Positions 49,546 to 63,700 of a stretch of DNA of 64,000 nt are shown one piece after another; the stretch's first letter is position 1, and each line of letters opens with the position of its first letter. A program made the position numbers and the translations under genes. The DNA is from Octopus vulgaris (lineage: Eukaryota). Below the pieces are notes generated by a model. That model ran no database searches and was not told where the DNA came from. It saw only the letters and a list, made by a program, of their open reading frames with translations. The stretch covers positions 124,000,001 to 124,064,000 of the forward strand of contig OX597819.1 of the NCBI GenBank assembly GCA_951406725.2. The letters are read 5' to 3'.

Positions 49546-51371
49546 GATGTGAGATGGTTAAATAGAGGGAAATATTAGAGTTCAATACGAGGAGTTATTT
49601 TGGAAAAAGGAAGCAAATAAGGAGTATATAGGGAAATAGAATGAATGAATGTAAAAATAAAAATAAAAATGTATAAAGATTTGGTTAATTACTACTACCC
49701 ACGTTCTGCTAACTATGAAACGTGTGTGGCCTGGATTTTATCTACTCCATTTCCTAATTTTTGATTTTTATTCCCATACACAGCAACCGCAGCTACTAAC
49801 TTATAAGCTACAAAATAACTCTTTTCAGCTTATCAAACTCTGATATGGAAAAAATTTACAACGTTCTACGTCAGCAAACCATTATTGTTCCTGAAATTTA
49901 TTGTTCATACCATTTATAGACGGCTCAAAGCTTAACTAACTTCCTGAAGTCATATATGCCACTTAATCCTTGAATATTACCTTTACATGTATGCATATGT
50001 GCGTGTGTATATGTATATATACACACACACACACACATACATCACTAAAGTGAACAAGAGCACTAATCCTCACCAGTATTGCTAGAAATGAGAGCCAAAA
50101 CAACTCAATAACCACAAAAGCTGGTCTCCCTGGTCAGTGCATTAAGATAGAGCTTTTATGGCTATGGAGTTGTTTTTAATAATTAATAATTCCACCAAGT
50201 AGGATTCGGCATGAAAAAGGACCATTTCTGGGTAAACTTAAACAATATTTTATAATTACGAGTATAATTATAATTAGGGTTCAGCAAAGATTGCTTTACC
50301 ACATACCAAAATTTAGAAATAGCAGCCAAAGAACCTTAGCTATTTCTTCTACTATAAGAAGAGACTCCCAGACAAAACAATACTGAGTGAATTTTGTTAT
50401 TTTTCCTCTCTGTCTGCGTGAGTTATTTCAAGTATTTTGTTTTGTCCGGGAGTCCCTTCTTATAGTAGTAGAAATAGCATACACACACACAAACATATAT
50501 ATATATATATATAGCCCCCTTTTTTCTTGTTGTCCATGAAACAATGATAACCAAATAGTCAAATAGCTAGCTACCCCACCTTCTGAAATTATAGGTTATA
50601 CTGTAGAGTCAGAAGTTTTAAAACCCAAGTATGCCATATTTAACAGTGTACTGAACTGATTACAGAGATAATGTACCAGATGCTTAGCAGAAGGAAGTAT
50701 AGACGTTCAGACAGAGATAACATTGCGACCACCTCAGACCACCTCAACAAACGTCAATAAGGAAATGTGATAACAGGGAAGCAGACATGTAGTCAAATGT
50801 CTGTAGACAGTTGTGATAAAAACGATAATCAGAAGTATTACAAAATCATGAAGATCAGACAGAGTTCAAAATGTGAAGTTCTCACTATCTTGGGTAGAGG
50901 TCACACTGAAAATAGGTCTGATCGCTTTTCTGTATTTGGAAATGTCGTTAAAACAAGTCTATGAATATTAATCTTATGTCTGAAGGTGAAACGCTTTTAA
51001 ATTATTGTATTACTTGTATTACTAGAAAACTATATCCAAAAACGAAATTTAATAATCCATATTATTTTTTTCTTGTTTCAGTCATTTGACTGCAGCCATG
51101 CAAGAGTACCCCCTTGCAGGATTTTTAGTTGAAAAAATCGATCCCGGTATTTAACTCATTTTAAAGTCTGGTACTTATTCTATTGGACTCTTTTTCCCAA
51201 ACCACTGAGTTACGGGGATGTAAACACACCAACACAGGTTATCAAGTGGTAACAGAAGAGAAGATAATAAAGTAATCTCTCCCTAGCTCTCCTGTGTCAC
51301 CCTTCTGTCCGGCATTCGCCATGATAGATCGCTAGCCATTACACATTCTTTATTTTCTCTCCTTGTTCCTA

Positions 51372-53020
51372 TGGAATGACACACCACCAGCAAGCACAGG
51401 CAGATTCCCTGCTCCACCTTACCAATGCTGCTTTCATGGAGCAAATTATGCTACAAAAAACCAGGGCAAATAATATGGACATTATCCATAATGCTAAGGT
51501 GAGACCGATGCTCAACATAATAGAGCTGTCCATATATGGACCAAAAACTCCTGCAGACACACAGCCTATACAAAGTATCTAAAATCTCTCTGAACTAAAT
51601 TTTCATAAAGCAAATTGGAAGTTGATTGAGAAAGATCCTCAGGCAGGATTGGCCTAAATGTCTCTCTCCACACCAAACATTGACATGAAACACAAACATT
51701 TCATGTTCATAATACAAGCCATATGTGACAAATCTGTCCCATTGTGCAAGGCCAACATACACAAAATTGGAATTCCTAGGAAAAGGAAGATTCTTATGAG
51801 ACAACAAAGATTACAAATTGCTTGAGCAAGTACCCCAAAAGTGGCAAGAAGTCTTGCCTGGAGAGAGCACTATTGGAGATTGAGAAAAGTCTGCATCAGT
51901 TTCATGAAAGAGAGAGAGCAGCTAAAGAAGCTTGGGTTATAGAAAATATCAAGTCAAACCTTAAAGCTTTCTTTAAGTTTGCCAAAGAAACAGCCCCAGT
52001 ATGCCACAAGATAGGATCGCTCTCCCAAAAAAGATGGCTCCCTCACAGGAAACCCTATGAGGATAAGTGAAATACAGATGACAGGCAGTTGTGGCCAATG
52101 GAGCCACCTCCAAGGAAAACACAAATAGCAAGTGGTATTCACAGGGCACTGTCTTCAAGCCACTGCTATTCATAGTGGCCCTCACAGACATGCCTTCAGC
52201 TGCTCAGATAGCCACCCTTGCTAGCTATGCAGATGACACAAAAGTCTCTCAGACAATACAAAATCCTGGAAATATTGCACATCTGCAATGGGAGTTGGAT
52301 GCAATATACAGGTGGGCTGAGGACAACAACATGCAGTTTAATGCAGGAAAATTTCAGGCCCTATGCTACCAGCATACATGCTAAATGACATGCAGACAGG
52401 ATACACTGTGCAAGAGGAATTGAAATCCCTGGATCAAAATTAGTGCATGACCTGGGCACTGACATGAGCAACGATGCATCTTTTCGAGTGCATATTACCA
52501 ACTTGGTAATAAAATGTAGACAGATGGCTGGTCGGATCCTCCGAACTTTCAAAGCAAGAGAAAAGGAGACATTGATGATCCTTTGGAGGACATACATCCT
52601 CAACCGCTTGGACTACTGCACTCACTATAAAATCCATGGTGGAACACAAAGCAATCCAAAGAAGCTCTGCTAAGAAAACCGTCTCGATACAATGTATCAG
52701 CTACTGGGGAAGGCTGAAAGAATTAAACCTTTTCCCCCTAGAATGAAGGCGGGAAAGGTATACAGTGATATACATCTGGAAAATCCTAGAAGGCCTTGTA
52801 CCAAACTTTGGCATTGAAAGTCACTCAAACTGGCGCCAATGCATACTGCCAAAGATCCCAGCATCACCATCAAAATAAGGGACCAGATACTGCAACAGCT
52901 TGGGCTTCAAAGGTCCACAGCTCTTCAAAATCTTTCCAAAATGCCTGAGAGACCTGCATAGAGTGGATATAAGTATCTTTAAAATAAAACTGGGTCTCTT
53001 CCTGTCAAGGGTTCCAGACA
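51372..53020 (+). mobile_element. Degenerate CR1/L2-clade LINE
   Basis: QGTVFKPLLF, YADDTKV, WAEDNNMQFNAGKF motifs; many frameshifts. Confidence 0.8.
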
Positions 53021-53125
53021 TAGCTCAGACATAGCTTTGAAGCTGAAACATTTTCAAAGATGTAAAGATTATATAATATATATATACACACACGCACATA
53101 TATACATACTAATATATAATATATC

Positions 53126-53157
<32 letters not shown>

Positions 53158-55181
53158 CTAATATATATTAATATACTAATATATATATATATATATATAC
53201 ATACATACATACATACATACATATACACATCTATATAGGGGGGGGGGGAGAGAGAGATTAATTACAAGATTCATTAGAATGTAGGCTAATCAAGAAATAG
53301 GACACCAGGACTGGCTGGGTATCACAACATTGATTTCACAGAAAGGTAAAACAACCATTACGTGTCACCATTTGATAGTATACTATAGGTGTGTGTGAGC
53401 AAGATTTATTATTGCTATATATATATATATATACACACACACATATATACACGTGCATGTGCACACACACACATACAGGCTCCAAATTCAATATAAACCA
53501 AGGACCCAACCCAAGGTTGGTTCCAGGTGTAGCATAAGTAAAACAGAAGGAGACAAGTGATGTTTAAAATATTCCACATCATGTTAAGTTAATAAACAGA
53601 TCATCTTCTAGTTTTGCCTTGCCTCTTTATACATGTTTAAAATTTACCTGAGGATAGTGTATTCATGCTATGATGTAATCGAAGAATGCTTCAATAAAAT
53701 GAAACGGTTGAAGTAAATTTTAAGCCCCACTTATATTCTTCTTTTACATGTGTGTATGTGTCTGTGTGTGTGAGTTACCTAGATATCCTAATTAGCAGTG
53801 GAGAAGGATGTGCGGGAAGTATTATTGCCAAAATACGAGCTGGTCGGAGAAAATTCAAAGAACTATTACTTGTGTTGATAACTAAAGGCCTCTCTCTCTC
53901 AAAATGGTAGGTAGATTGTATGACGTTTTGTAGGAACAGTAATATTACAGGGCAATGGAACATGGTCCACGAATGCATCGGACATGTGGAAACTAGAAAG
54001 AACTGAAGCTAGCATGCTCTGTTGGATGTGTACATATGATGAAGTGCAAATGTGTTGGGAAAATTCTGCATAAGACACATCGAATGTAGTGTGCAGGAGA
54101 GAGAACTGAGCTGGTAAGGTCATGGGATGCATATGGCTGAGGATAGTTGCATAAAGCAGTGATCACAAAATGTGAATGGAACTTGTGGAAGGAGCCTGAG
54201 GAAGATATAGGAGATGACAAATGACTGAGATGATTAACAAATCATTTGCTCTAGATCTATCTGTCAAGGCAAAAATGAGGTCCCAGAGTCATATTGTTTA
54301 TATCTATGCCCTCGTACCTGATCCGTCCCTGTCAAGCCTTCCCCACAACTCATCTTCCTAACATCCATCCCTTCATAACATTCCTGACCATGGCACTCTT
54401 CACTCAACTGCTATAATTATATGAGAGCAGAACCAGAGATATTTCCCTCTCCTTATGTGTTACCAGTCATCTTTCTCTTTGGAACCATTTACTTTTGTCC
54501 CCTATCTCACATTCTCAACATTATCCTGAGGAATTACAACCGTGTTTCGTGGTCTGCTACCTCAACAGCTCCTTTATAGGATCCAGTTAGCTCAAGACAT
54601 CATCAGGAGGAACCACGTCCGGTTTCGGCCCCTACTCCTCTACTGTTTTGACATGGCGGGGTCTCCCCTTTCGGAGGTGTCTTCAGCTCTGGTGTTGGGT
54701 GCATGTCTTCTTTCTTCTGTTCCCTGGCCTCTTCGATGTATCGTCAGCAGGCGACTGACTGACTTGTCAAATTTTTTCCAAGTCAGTCAGTCACCGGCTG
54801 ACACTCGCTGGCACTTCTATCTCAAAACCCCATGGTTTTGAGATAGGAGGTGGTTTGGTTATAAATAGTCGAAAGTGTTTATTTATAACATAAAGACAGA
54901 TAAAATCTGTTAGCAGTTAATATTGTAGCTTCACCACTTGATTTTCCACTGGATGCCATTTCTCCTGGCTCTCATCTCTGCTATCACAATGTTCCCACTC
55001 CAGCTTTGTCATTTACTTCCTATTCCAACATATCTCTGACCACCATCTGTCACTGGGCAACCTTTCTGGATCCACACCACTCCGTGTCATCAAACTGCTT
55101 CTCATTTATCTACAGTTTTATTATACTTCTACCCTCCACCCCTACTTCTCACACAACCACCTATAGCGTCCTCTTCCATAA

Positions 55182-55627
55182 GGAAGACACATCAAATGTA
55201 GTGTGCAGGAGAGAAAACTGAGCTGGTATGGTCATGTGATGCATATGTGCACATTCCATAAGGAGGCGGTTGGATGGAACTTACACTCGCCTCCTTATGA
55301 GAGCTCAAAATCTCTTGTGGAAGCGTCATCCAACCAAAATGCAAATATATGGGAAACTACCACTTGTATCATCTCTTGTGAAAGGTAGGAGAGTCCCATT
55401 TTGCTGGACATTGTTGTAGAGCTGAAAACGAGGTAATTTCTACTCTTCTCCTCTGGAAGCCATCTCCTCGCGATACCAGAGGGCGCACACTCTCCTACCC
55501 TGATGTAATCTCCAGGGATACAGGCATCCAGCAACAGGACTTCCGTAATGCTATGATGGACCGTGAAATCTGGCGTAACATAGTAAATTCCATTGTCTCG
55601 ACCACAGTCAAACAATGATGATGATGA
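55182..55627 (+). mobile_element. RTE 3' fragment (apparently chimeric) with (GAT)n tail
   Basis: TSD TCCTCTTCCATAA (55169-55181, 55628-55640). Confidence 0.7.
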
Positions 55628-56926
55628 TCCTCTTCCATAATCCACTTCTGTTTCCTTCATCATTCTCCAACTGATATTCACAATGATCCACCCATGATCC
55701 ACTGAATTCATTTTCAATCTCTATTTCTAACCATCAGTCACACTCCTTTCACACACTTGTGATCTTACCTACCCATCCTTCCTGATCCTCTGTCACTATT
55801 CTCTCTCTTATATTCACCTTCTTGGACCTTGAGGGTTGCCCAGATACCTCATCACCATTTTTCTCTCTTTCCATGTATTTCCCCTACAGCAAGATACCTG
55901 TTCCTATCCCTTTACCATGCTTTAGCTTCTCAATACTTGACATAAAACTACTTCCTTAAGTATTACACTCCCCCTTAGTAGTGCTGAGAAGTCTTTTTTT
56001 GCAAGTTACCTAGTGACCTCACTAGTGCTGGTGCCATGATAAAAGCACCCAAGTGATTTGATGTTAAGGCCATCCAGCCAGCCAATAACATTCTAAAGCA
56101 GATATTGGATCACAGTGTAGTCTGTTGACTTAGAGATTCTGTCACTGTCAAACTGTTGAACCCATGTATGGAAAATGAATGTAAAACAATGATGATGATT
56201 ATGATGATGGCGTGTGTGTGTGTGTGTGTAAGCAGGCATTGCAGTGATGTTAAAAAAGGTTGCTTCAACCACGGGGTTTTGAGATAGGAGGTGGTTTGGA
56301 TATAAATAGTTGAGTGTGTTTATTTATAACATAAAGACAGATAAAATCTGTTAGCAGTTAATATTGTAGCTGTAACAGAGTGCAACGAAAAGATGTGTAT
56401 TGGAATATACAGCTTGAAATTTCCTTTAGAAGATGGTAACAAAACCGTGCAACTCAGAAAGTTAATCAACTCCATCATTAAGCTGTTGTAGATAAAACAA
56501 AAATACTTCAAAATTTACTGAAATGTTAATAGATTTAAAGGAAACTAACAGCTGATCTGACTTAATCCCAAATCTGGTATTTTATTACACAGTTGCTCTT
56601 TTTATTTTATTTTTGCCATGAAATAAATATCAGAAAAATGTGTGGAACTCTCCTCCAGTATAACAATGCACTATGTCTATTAAAACAACAGTTGTTTATA
56701 AGATATCAGATTAGTATAATATACACACTATTAAAATAACAAACAAACCAAAAGCAATGACTACATAGAGAAAGAGCAAAAGGAAGAATTAAATTAGATA
56801 TCACACCATGCTCGTTACAAAAGTAAACTATTTTTGTTACTAAAACTGTAACATAACACCAAAATAGTTAATAGGTTACAGTGATAACGAATTACAACTG
56901 AACAAAGAAGTTTTTTAAAAAATCAC

Positions 56927-57142
56927 ATTAGAAGCTAAGTTGATTGACTCGTCCTCATAAAAGTCTGAGTCAGACTCAACGAGTGCCACATCAGGACAAG
57001 AATTCTCTTCACTGGAGGCTATGTGTGTTGTTGGTTGTGACTCGGTAGACTCACTAGAATGCTCCAAACCAAAATCATTGGATTCCAAAGAACAGCCAGA
57101 ATCCATATCACTTGGTTTCTTTGAGCATTTAGTGTTTGAGTC
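56927..57142 (-). CDS. Candidate Ser/Asp/Glu-rich coding exon of uncertain affiliation (RASSF upstream/alternative exon or separate gene)
   Basis: Acceptor TTTATTTTCATCCCACAG; open frame DSNTKCSKKPSDMDSGCSLESNDFGLEHSSES...DFYEDESINLASN; possible donors GTGAGT (57054) or GTGATT (56926); no repeat similarity noticed. Confidence 0.5.
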
Positions 57143-57814
57143 CTGTGGGATGAAAATAAAGTTATCAAAGACATAATGTTCAGTAATGTCTATAATATAA
57201 ACAAAATATTCCAAACAATAAGCAATTTAACAGTATTTAATTCCGATGTGAAAATTATGTTTCTTAATTATTACTTTGATTCATCAAAAGATACAGATGG
57301 CAATAGTATATCACTATTGTTGGTAAGAAAATTTACAATAAAATTTACTGATTCTACAAAAAAGACAGGCAATGAAATGGAAACCAAGATGAAAGACAAA
57401 TCAATCATTCACACAAAAATGAATTCAGTGAAGTTTTGTCATCAAAGAAGCTACGAAAAATACTTAAGAAACAGTGTGCACGTGCGCGCACACGCACAAT
57501 ACTTATATATCTATATATATTCAGTACATATATATTTCTTTACTAACCACAAGGGGCTAAACACAGAGGGGACAAACAAGGACAGACAAACGGATTAAGT
57601 TGATTACATCGACCCCAGTGCGTAACTGGTACTTAAGTTATCGACCCCGAAAGGATGAAGACACATACACATGAATACACACAATACATACAGAAATTAA
57701 TCAATAAATCTAATAAATATATTAACGATTAATACATACATTTAAACATACATCAATATATGAAGCATACATCAATAGGTATGTAATATACATCTATTGA
57801 TCCACCTATATATA

Positions 57815-59321
57815 CTGGGTCATCCCATAAAAAATGTGTTTTTTTTCAATAGTATAAAAAACTGGAGGGTGATGGGATAAATTACTTGCATCAACTATAA
57901 AAGCAGGTAGTAATCTTACCTTGTACTTGTTCTTAGTGCAAGTTTTGAAGAGTGCAGTTCGATCTTAACAGTTATTTTTTTCAAAGTTATAATGGAAGGG
58001 ACAAAGGAGCATATTTGGCATATTTTGCTTTATGAGTTCAATAAAGGCAACAATGCAACGGAAAGTGCAAGGAATAATTAATACAGTATATGGGGATTGG
58101 ACAATAAGCGTAAGCCAATGTCAACGGTGGTTCCAGAAATTCCGAGCTGGAAAATACAGCCTAGAAGATGAGTGTTATCCTGGAAGAGATATATAAGTTT
58201 TGTAGAACTTGAAGATGTCTTGCAAACCCTAGTGGAACAAAATCCCATCAAAACTGTTGAGGAACAAGCAGGGAAGCTTGGATTTGGTCATTCAACCATT
58301 CATCGACACGTGCATGCCATTGGAAAAGTCAGCAAATTGGGTTAAGGGTTCCTCATAAATTTTTTGAGTCTAATCATGTGCAGAGAGTGAATGTGTGCTC
58401 TTTTTGCTGTTACGCCTCACAAATATACCCTTTTTGGACTGAATACTGGTGACAAATGAGTTCTCTATAAAAATGTCAAGCGCCAAAGACAGTGGGTAGG
58501 GGAAAGGAGAAACACCGGCACCCCAGACTAAAGAAGGTCTTCGCTGACCTAAGGTATTATCTGTTTGGTGAGATATGAAAGGTTAGTATACCTCAAACTT
58601 TTAAACCCAAACCAAACAATAACAAAGGAGATATATTGTGAGCAGCTTAAGTCAGCACAAGAAGAAAAATGAGCATCTTTGGTTTGAAGATGAAGAGTGT
58701 TCTTCCATCAGGATAATGCTTAGCCACATACAGCGAGGATGACATTCCAAAGGGTGGAACAGTCTGAATGGGAAACAATGCCCCACGCACCATATTCACA
58801 GACATTGCTCCATCTGATTATCATTTATTCCACTGTCTTCAAAAATAATTTGGATGGAAGAAATATGAATTCTGTAGATGTGGTCAGAACAGTACTGAGG
58901 GAGCTGGCAGAATCGTTAGCACGTCGGGCAAAATGCTTAGCGATATTTTGTCTGCCGCTACGTTCTGAGTTCAAATTCTGCCACGGTTGACTTTGCCTTT
59001 CATCCTTTCAGGGTCGATTAAATAAGTACAAGTTGTGCACTGGGGTCAATATAATCGACTTAATCCGTTTGTCTGTCTTTGTTTGTCCTCTCTGTGTTTA
59101 GCCCCTTGTGGGTAGTAAAGAAATAGGTACTGGGGGAGTATTTTTCATCACGGTTAAATGAATTTTGGTAAAGGGGCCTTGCAAGTCTACCAGATAGATG
59201 GGAGAGCATTGTAGAAAATGAAGGAAAGTACAGTTTAGATAAACAAAGTTCTTTTTTAATCTTAAATTTGAAAAATAGGAGAAGTATAAAAAAAAAACGC
59301 ATTATTCATGGGATGATCCAA
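57815..59321 (+). mobile_element. Degenerate mariner transposon with SINE B insertion (~58900-59127)
   Basis: Imperfect TIRs CTGGGTCATCCCAT.../...ATGGGATGATCCAA; ATG at 57992 MEGTKEHIWHILLYEFNKG; PHAPYS motif. Confidence 0.85.
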
Positions 59322-59933
59322 TGATATATATAAATGAATGAATTCTATTGGCGTTTTAACTTTGGAGTCTTTTGTGTGTTATAAAGTCCAGCAATGGGTA
59401 TCAGCTATCAGGTACTATTATACAACAAAAATCAATTGCTTTACTGGTGATATATCTGAAAACCTGTAGACACTGGTAGAGTTTATATAAGTACTGACAA
59501 GGACACAGAGTAAGTAATTCATCTTATCGCATAATTCTATAATTGCTTCATCAACATTGTGCAATAGAATTAATTGCTTACTCTATTCTCTTTGTTAATA
59601 TATACTGTGCATGGTTGAATGCACCCATCTTGATGTAAGCTTTGGGTTATTAGGGGTACAACATGGCTTCTCAATCAGGCTATAATATGTCTAGAAACAT
59701 ACACAATTATCCATGCATACTTCTCTACATATGTATTGTACAATATTCACACAAACACACACTCATTGTCCCTCCCTGTATGTATATATATATATACACA
59801 CACATTTTATGATTCCATACTGTTACTGTTCATCTCTCACTCAGTGATTTAATATAACTTATCTCTCTCTCTTTATGAGATCAGCAACAATGTGCTACTT
59901 TTTTTTGTTGAATTTTCTATCATGGATCAATAC

Positions 59934-59981
<48 letters not shown>

Positions 59982-59993
59982 TTTATATATATT

Positions 59994-60024
<31 letters not shown>

Positions 60025-60459
60025 CTGTCCCCCCAACATTGCTTGACAATCGATGCTGGTGTGTTTACGTCCCCCGTAACTTAGCGCTTTGGCAAAAGAG
60101 ACCGATAGAATAAGTACAAGGCTTACAAAGAATAAGACCTTGGTCGATTTGCTTGACCAAAAAGCGGTGCTCCAGCATGGCCACAGTCACATGACTGAAA
60201 CAAATAAAAGAGTAAAAGAGATGGTTCTATTGACAGCCACCAAGTTGTACAATAATTCACAATCTTCAAAGGCTCTTAATCATTGATAGCAAGGTAAAGT
60301 TGTTTGTAGGCACTTTGTCTTGTTGAAGAATGAGAAGACCATTTATAGGTTTCAGATTCTCTTATACTTGTTTCAGTCATTTGATTGTGGCTATGCTGGA
60401 GCACTGCCTTTAGTTAAACAAATGAACCCCAGAACTTATTCTTTGTAAGCCTAGTACTT

Positions 60460-61240
60460 TTTATGGGCAAGCATTCAGCACAAGTGTGGGATACTGCCAA
60501 ATGTAAAGCATAACATCTAAATAGAAGTAATGATGGAATTTCTTTTAATTTCTGGAAAGCACCATTGTTGACTCCTATCATTACTCTAGCATTGTCAGTT
60601 CCTATAGCCAGTAAATTTTTTATATCTAATTTCTTTTTCACTAATTCAATTTTTAAGGCATCTACAACACCATCTGCATCACATGTTTCTAAAGATACCA
60701 TACTGAGATATGCATATACCACTTTTTTGTGAGTGTCAATTCTTAACAACTTGTTTATCGATATATCATTGGATTCATCTAATAACAGGCTAAATTTTCC
60801 ATCTCCTCTATCGAAAATCAAATCTCCACCAAAATATGGAGCTAGAACATTTCTCACAATATTCGCACATTTTGTACAATGCAACTTCACTTTGGATATA
60901 ATATCACTATCAGACACATAATTCTTACATAACTCTATTAAGTGATCACAGCTATTAAATGATGAGTGGCAACAAACAAACATTGCTAAATTTGCTTCTA
61001 GCATAGATGTCTTATCGTTTTTGGATTTAATAAAATTGGTAAACGGAATCATTTGCTGTGGAGTCGATTGATACTTTATGTTTCTTTGCTTCAGAGAATA
61101 TTTTGCCAACATATTACATCTACAATATCCGCAATGTGCTTTAGATTGGTCACTAGGTACTTCACACAAACCACTTAGTAAACGGTGGCATCTTAAGGCA
61201 TTCCTTTCGAAATTTTTGCTGGTACAACTTTGTTTTTTCT
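60460..61240 (-). pseudogene. hAT transposase fragment
   Basis: CxxC zinc finger (AHCGYC), FSLLLDESNDIS, IGTDNARVMIG; truncated by a SINE A tail at ~60365-60460. Confidence 0.8.
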
Positions 61241-62081
61241 TTGCTAATTATAATGTAGAGGGAAGCGAGAAAATAAATTGAATGACTAATATAGAATTGA
61301 AAACATAACTTATCAGTTTGTCGCTAACAATTCTATGTTTGCTGCTCACAAATTCTTGAGGTGAAGAATACTGATTCAGGATGCAGAGTGGCCAACTTAT
61401 AAATGGAAAAGTAAAATCTGCAGGAATCCTAAAACTGTGTTCTGACATAAACCTGGGAACATCATATTTCACTTCCAATCTTACATTTAATATCTATTGG
61501 TAAAACCACAAATATAACTACAATACTTGAAAAAAAAAGGTAAGTAGAAATATAAAGAGGGACACACTGCCCCCCAACTACTTCTATACAAGGTATATAA
61601 TCCAAAACAAGCATGAAAAAACATAGGCCTATTTTAAATCAGTCAACCTGTCATGATAAAAACTCTTCGCTACAGAATAAAGCATTGTTAGGACAAGAAT
61701 TTCCATGCTTTCATTCTTTGAAACATATTTACATTATTGTGTAGTGAGTTCAGGTGCTGATATGAGTCATCTTCTCCCCTTCCACCCACCAGCACCACAC
61801 TGTATCGCAGCCTGGAAAAGTTCTTAACTTGAGAGACTGCCTTTTGATAAACTTTCATTTGAAGTTTCAAGGAAGTCAAAGAAAAATTCAACAATAGCGA
61901 GATAGTACTAAAATTTGGCTATATGATACATCAACAAAAGTAGAAAAGGAGGAAAAAGAAAAAAGGTAACTATTGCAGAAATATCATGAACAGAGAAAAA
62001 TATTTAAAAAAGGCTAAATAAAATTTTATATCTGCTTTTTTCTCTGCTAAATGCTAGATTCAAAAATTTTCTGCTAAATGC

Positions 62082-63700
62082 TGGTCTCTGCGCATTTTCA
62101 GTGTTTATTGCTCCGGAGCATCTGCCACATATGAAAACTATCCTCCCAGTTAGTCTTCCTTTGATATTGCTGCACCTCTTATGTGTCCATAGCTTACACT
62201 GAGTACATCTTACAGAGTTTCTACCTATGCCTCTACTACAGATTGAGCAGGGCCATCTACCTGAAGGGATTTGTGGTGTACCTGCCTTCCTACTTATTAG
62301 GACTTTGGTTTTAGCTAGGTTGACTCTAAGGCCCTTCGATTCTAATCCTTGTTTCCACACTTGAAACTTCTCCTCTAGTTCTGATAGTGACTCAGCAATT
62401 AGAGCAAGGTCATCAGCATAGAGAAGCATCCAGGGGCATCCTGTCTTGAATTCCTCCATTATTGCCTGGAGGACTGATAAATAGGAGGGGGCTGAGGACT
62501 GAACCTTGGTGGGCCCCTACCTCTACCCTGAATTCTTCAGTGTACTCGTTGCCAACCCTCACCTTACTTACGGCGTCCCTGTACATGGCTTGCACAGCTC
62601 TCACTAACCGTTCATCTATCCCTTGTTTCATCATTGACCACCAGATAAGTGACCCTGTCAGAGGCTTTCTCCATGTCAACGAAAGCCAGGTACAGGGGCT
62701 TATCTTTGGCTAGGTATTTCTCCTGCAGCTGTCTCACCAGAAATATGGCATCAGTGGCGCTTTTCTCTGACACGAAACCAAACTGCATCTCATCCAAGCT
62801 GACTCTCTCCCTAATTAGTTGGGCTATGACCCTCTCCGTAACCTTCATTATCTGATCCAACAGCTTGATACTTCTGTAATTATTTGTATCTAAAGCACCA
62901 CCTTTACCTTTGTAGCAGTTGACTGCTACACCAGTCATTGGGTATGACTCCTTCGTGTATCACCTGGTTAACTATACGGGTGACTAGGCTATAGCCGATA
63001 CTGCCAGATATTTTGAGCATCTCTGCAGTAATTCCTGATGGGCCTGGGGCTTTCCCTGTCTTCATACTTCTAATTGCCTTAACTACCAAGGAACTGTCAA
63101 CTCGGATAGCTGGTCCCTCTGTTGGGTCGACATTCGGCAGACTCTCTTTCTCCCATTCATTTTTTTATTCAGCAACCTTTCATAGTGGCATCTCCAAACC
63201 TCTCTCTTTGCATCCTCATTTAGCGCAAGTGAACCATCATCCATGCGAACACATTTCTCTCCCTACCACATCACGATTCTCTCTCACACACTGTCTTGCA
63301 ACACGAAATACCTCAAGTCTTTGGTCGTCACAGCGCAGAATATTGGCAAATTTTTTCTTATCTGCTTCCCCTCTGGCTAAATAAACCTGCCTCCTAGCTT
63401 TCCGTCTCGCAGTCTGATACACTTCCCTGCTTCCACCGTTCTTCCAGTCCTTCCAACCCTGTTTCTTTTGTCAACAACATTGTTCCCCACCACGTTATTT
63501 TGGGTCGTTATTTTGCACCATCCACAGATCTGGTCGGTGGCCCTTAGCAGGTTGTCCAGTAAGAACCTCCAGTTGTCTTCTATACCATGTGAAGCTATAT
63601 CCCCTTCTATTTCGTCAAAGGCTTCAAGTAATATGTCTCTAATTCTCTGTCCATTTGCAGGATCTTTAAGTCTCCAGACCCTTCTTCTCCTTGCTGGTCA
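62082..63700 (-). mobile_element. RTE-clade LINE fragment (same family as 28315-29810)
   Basis: KAPGPSGI, NYRSIKLL, QFGF, FVDMEKA, YADDL and PHD-like Cys motifs; frameshifted. Confidence 0.9.

Noticed and set aside
59582-59690. Candidate upstream RASSF exon (TTTCTAG...GTAAGC)
   Set aside because: Stops in all three frames from the acceptor.
61688-61894. Minus-strand ORF as a host exon
   Set aside because: No convincing splice sites or recognisable motif.
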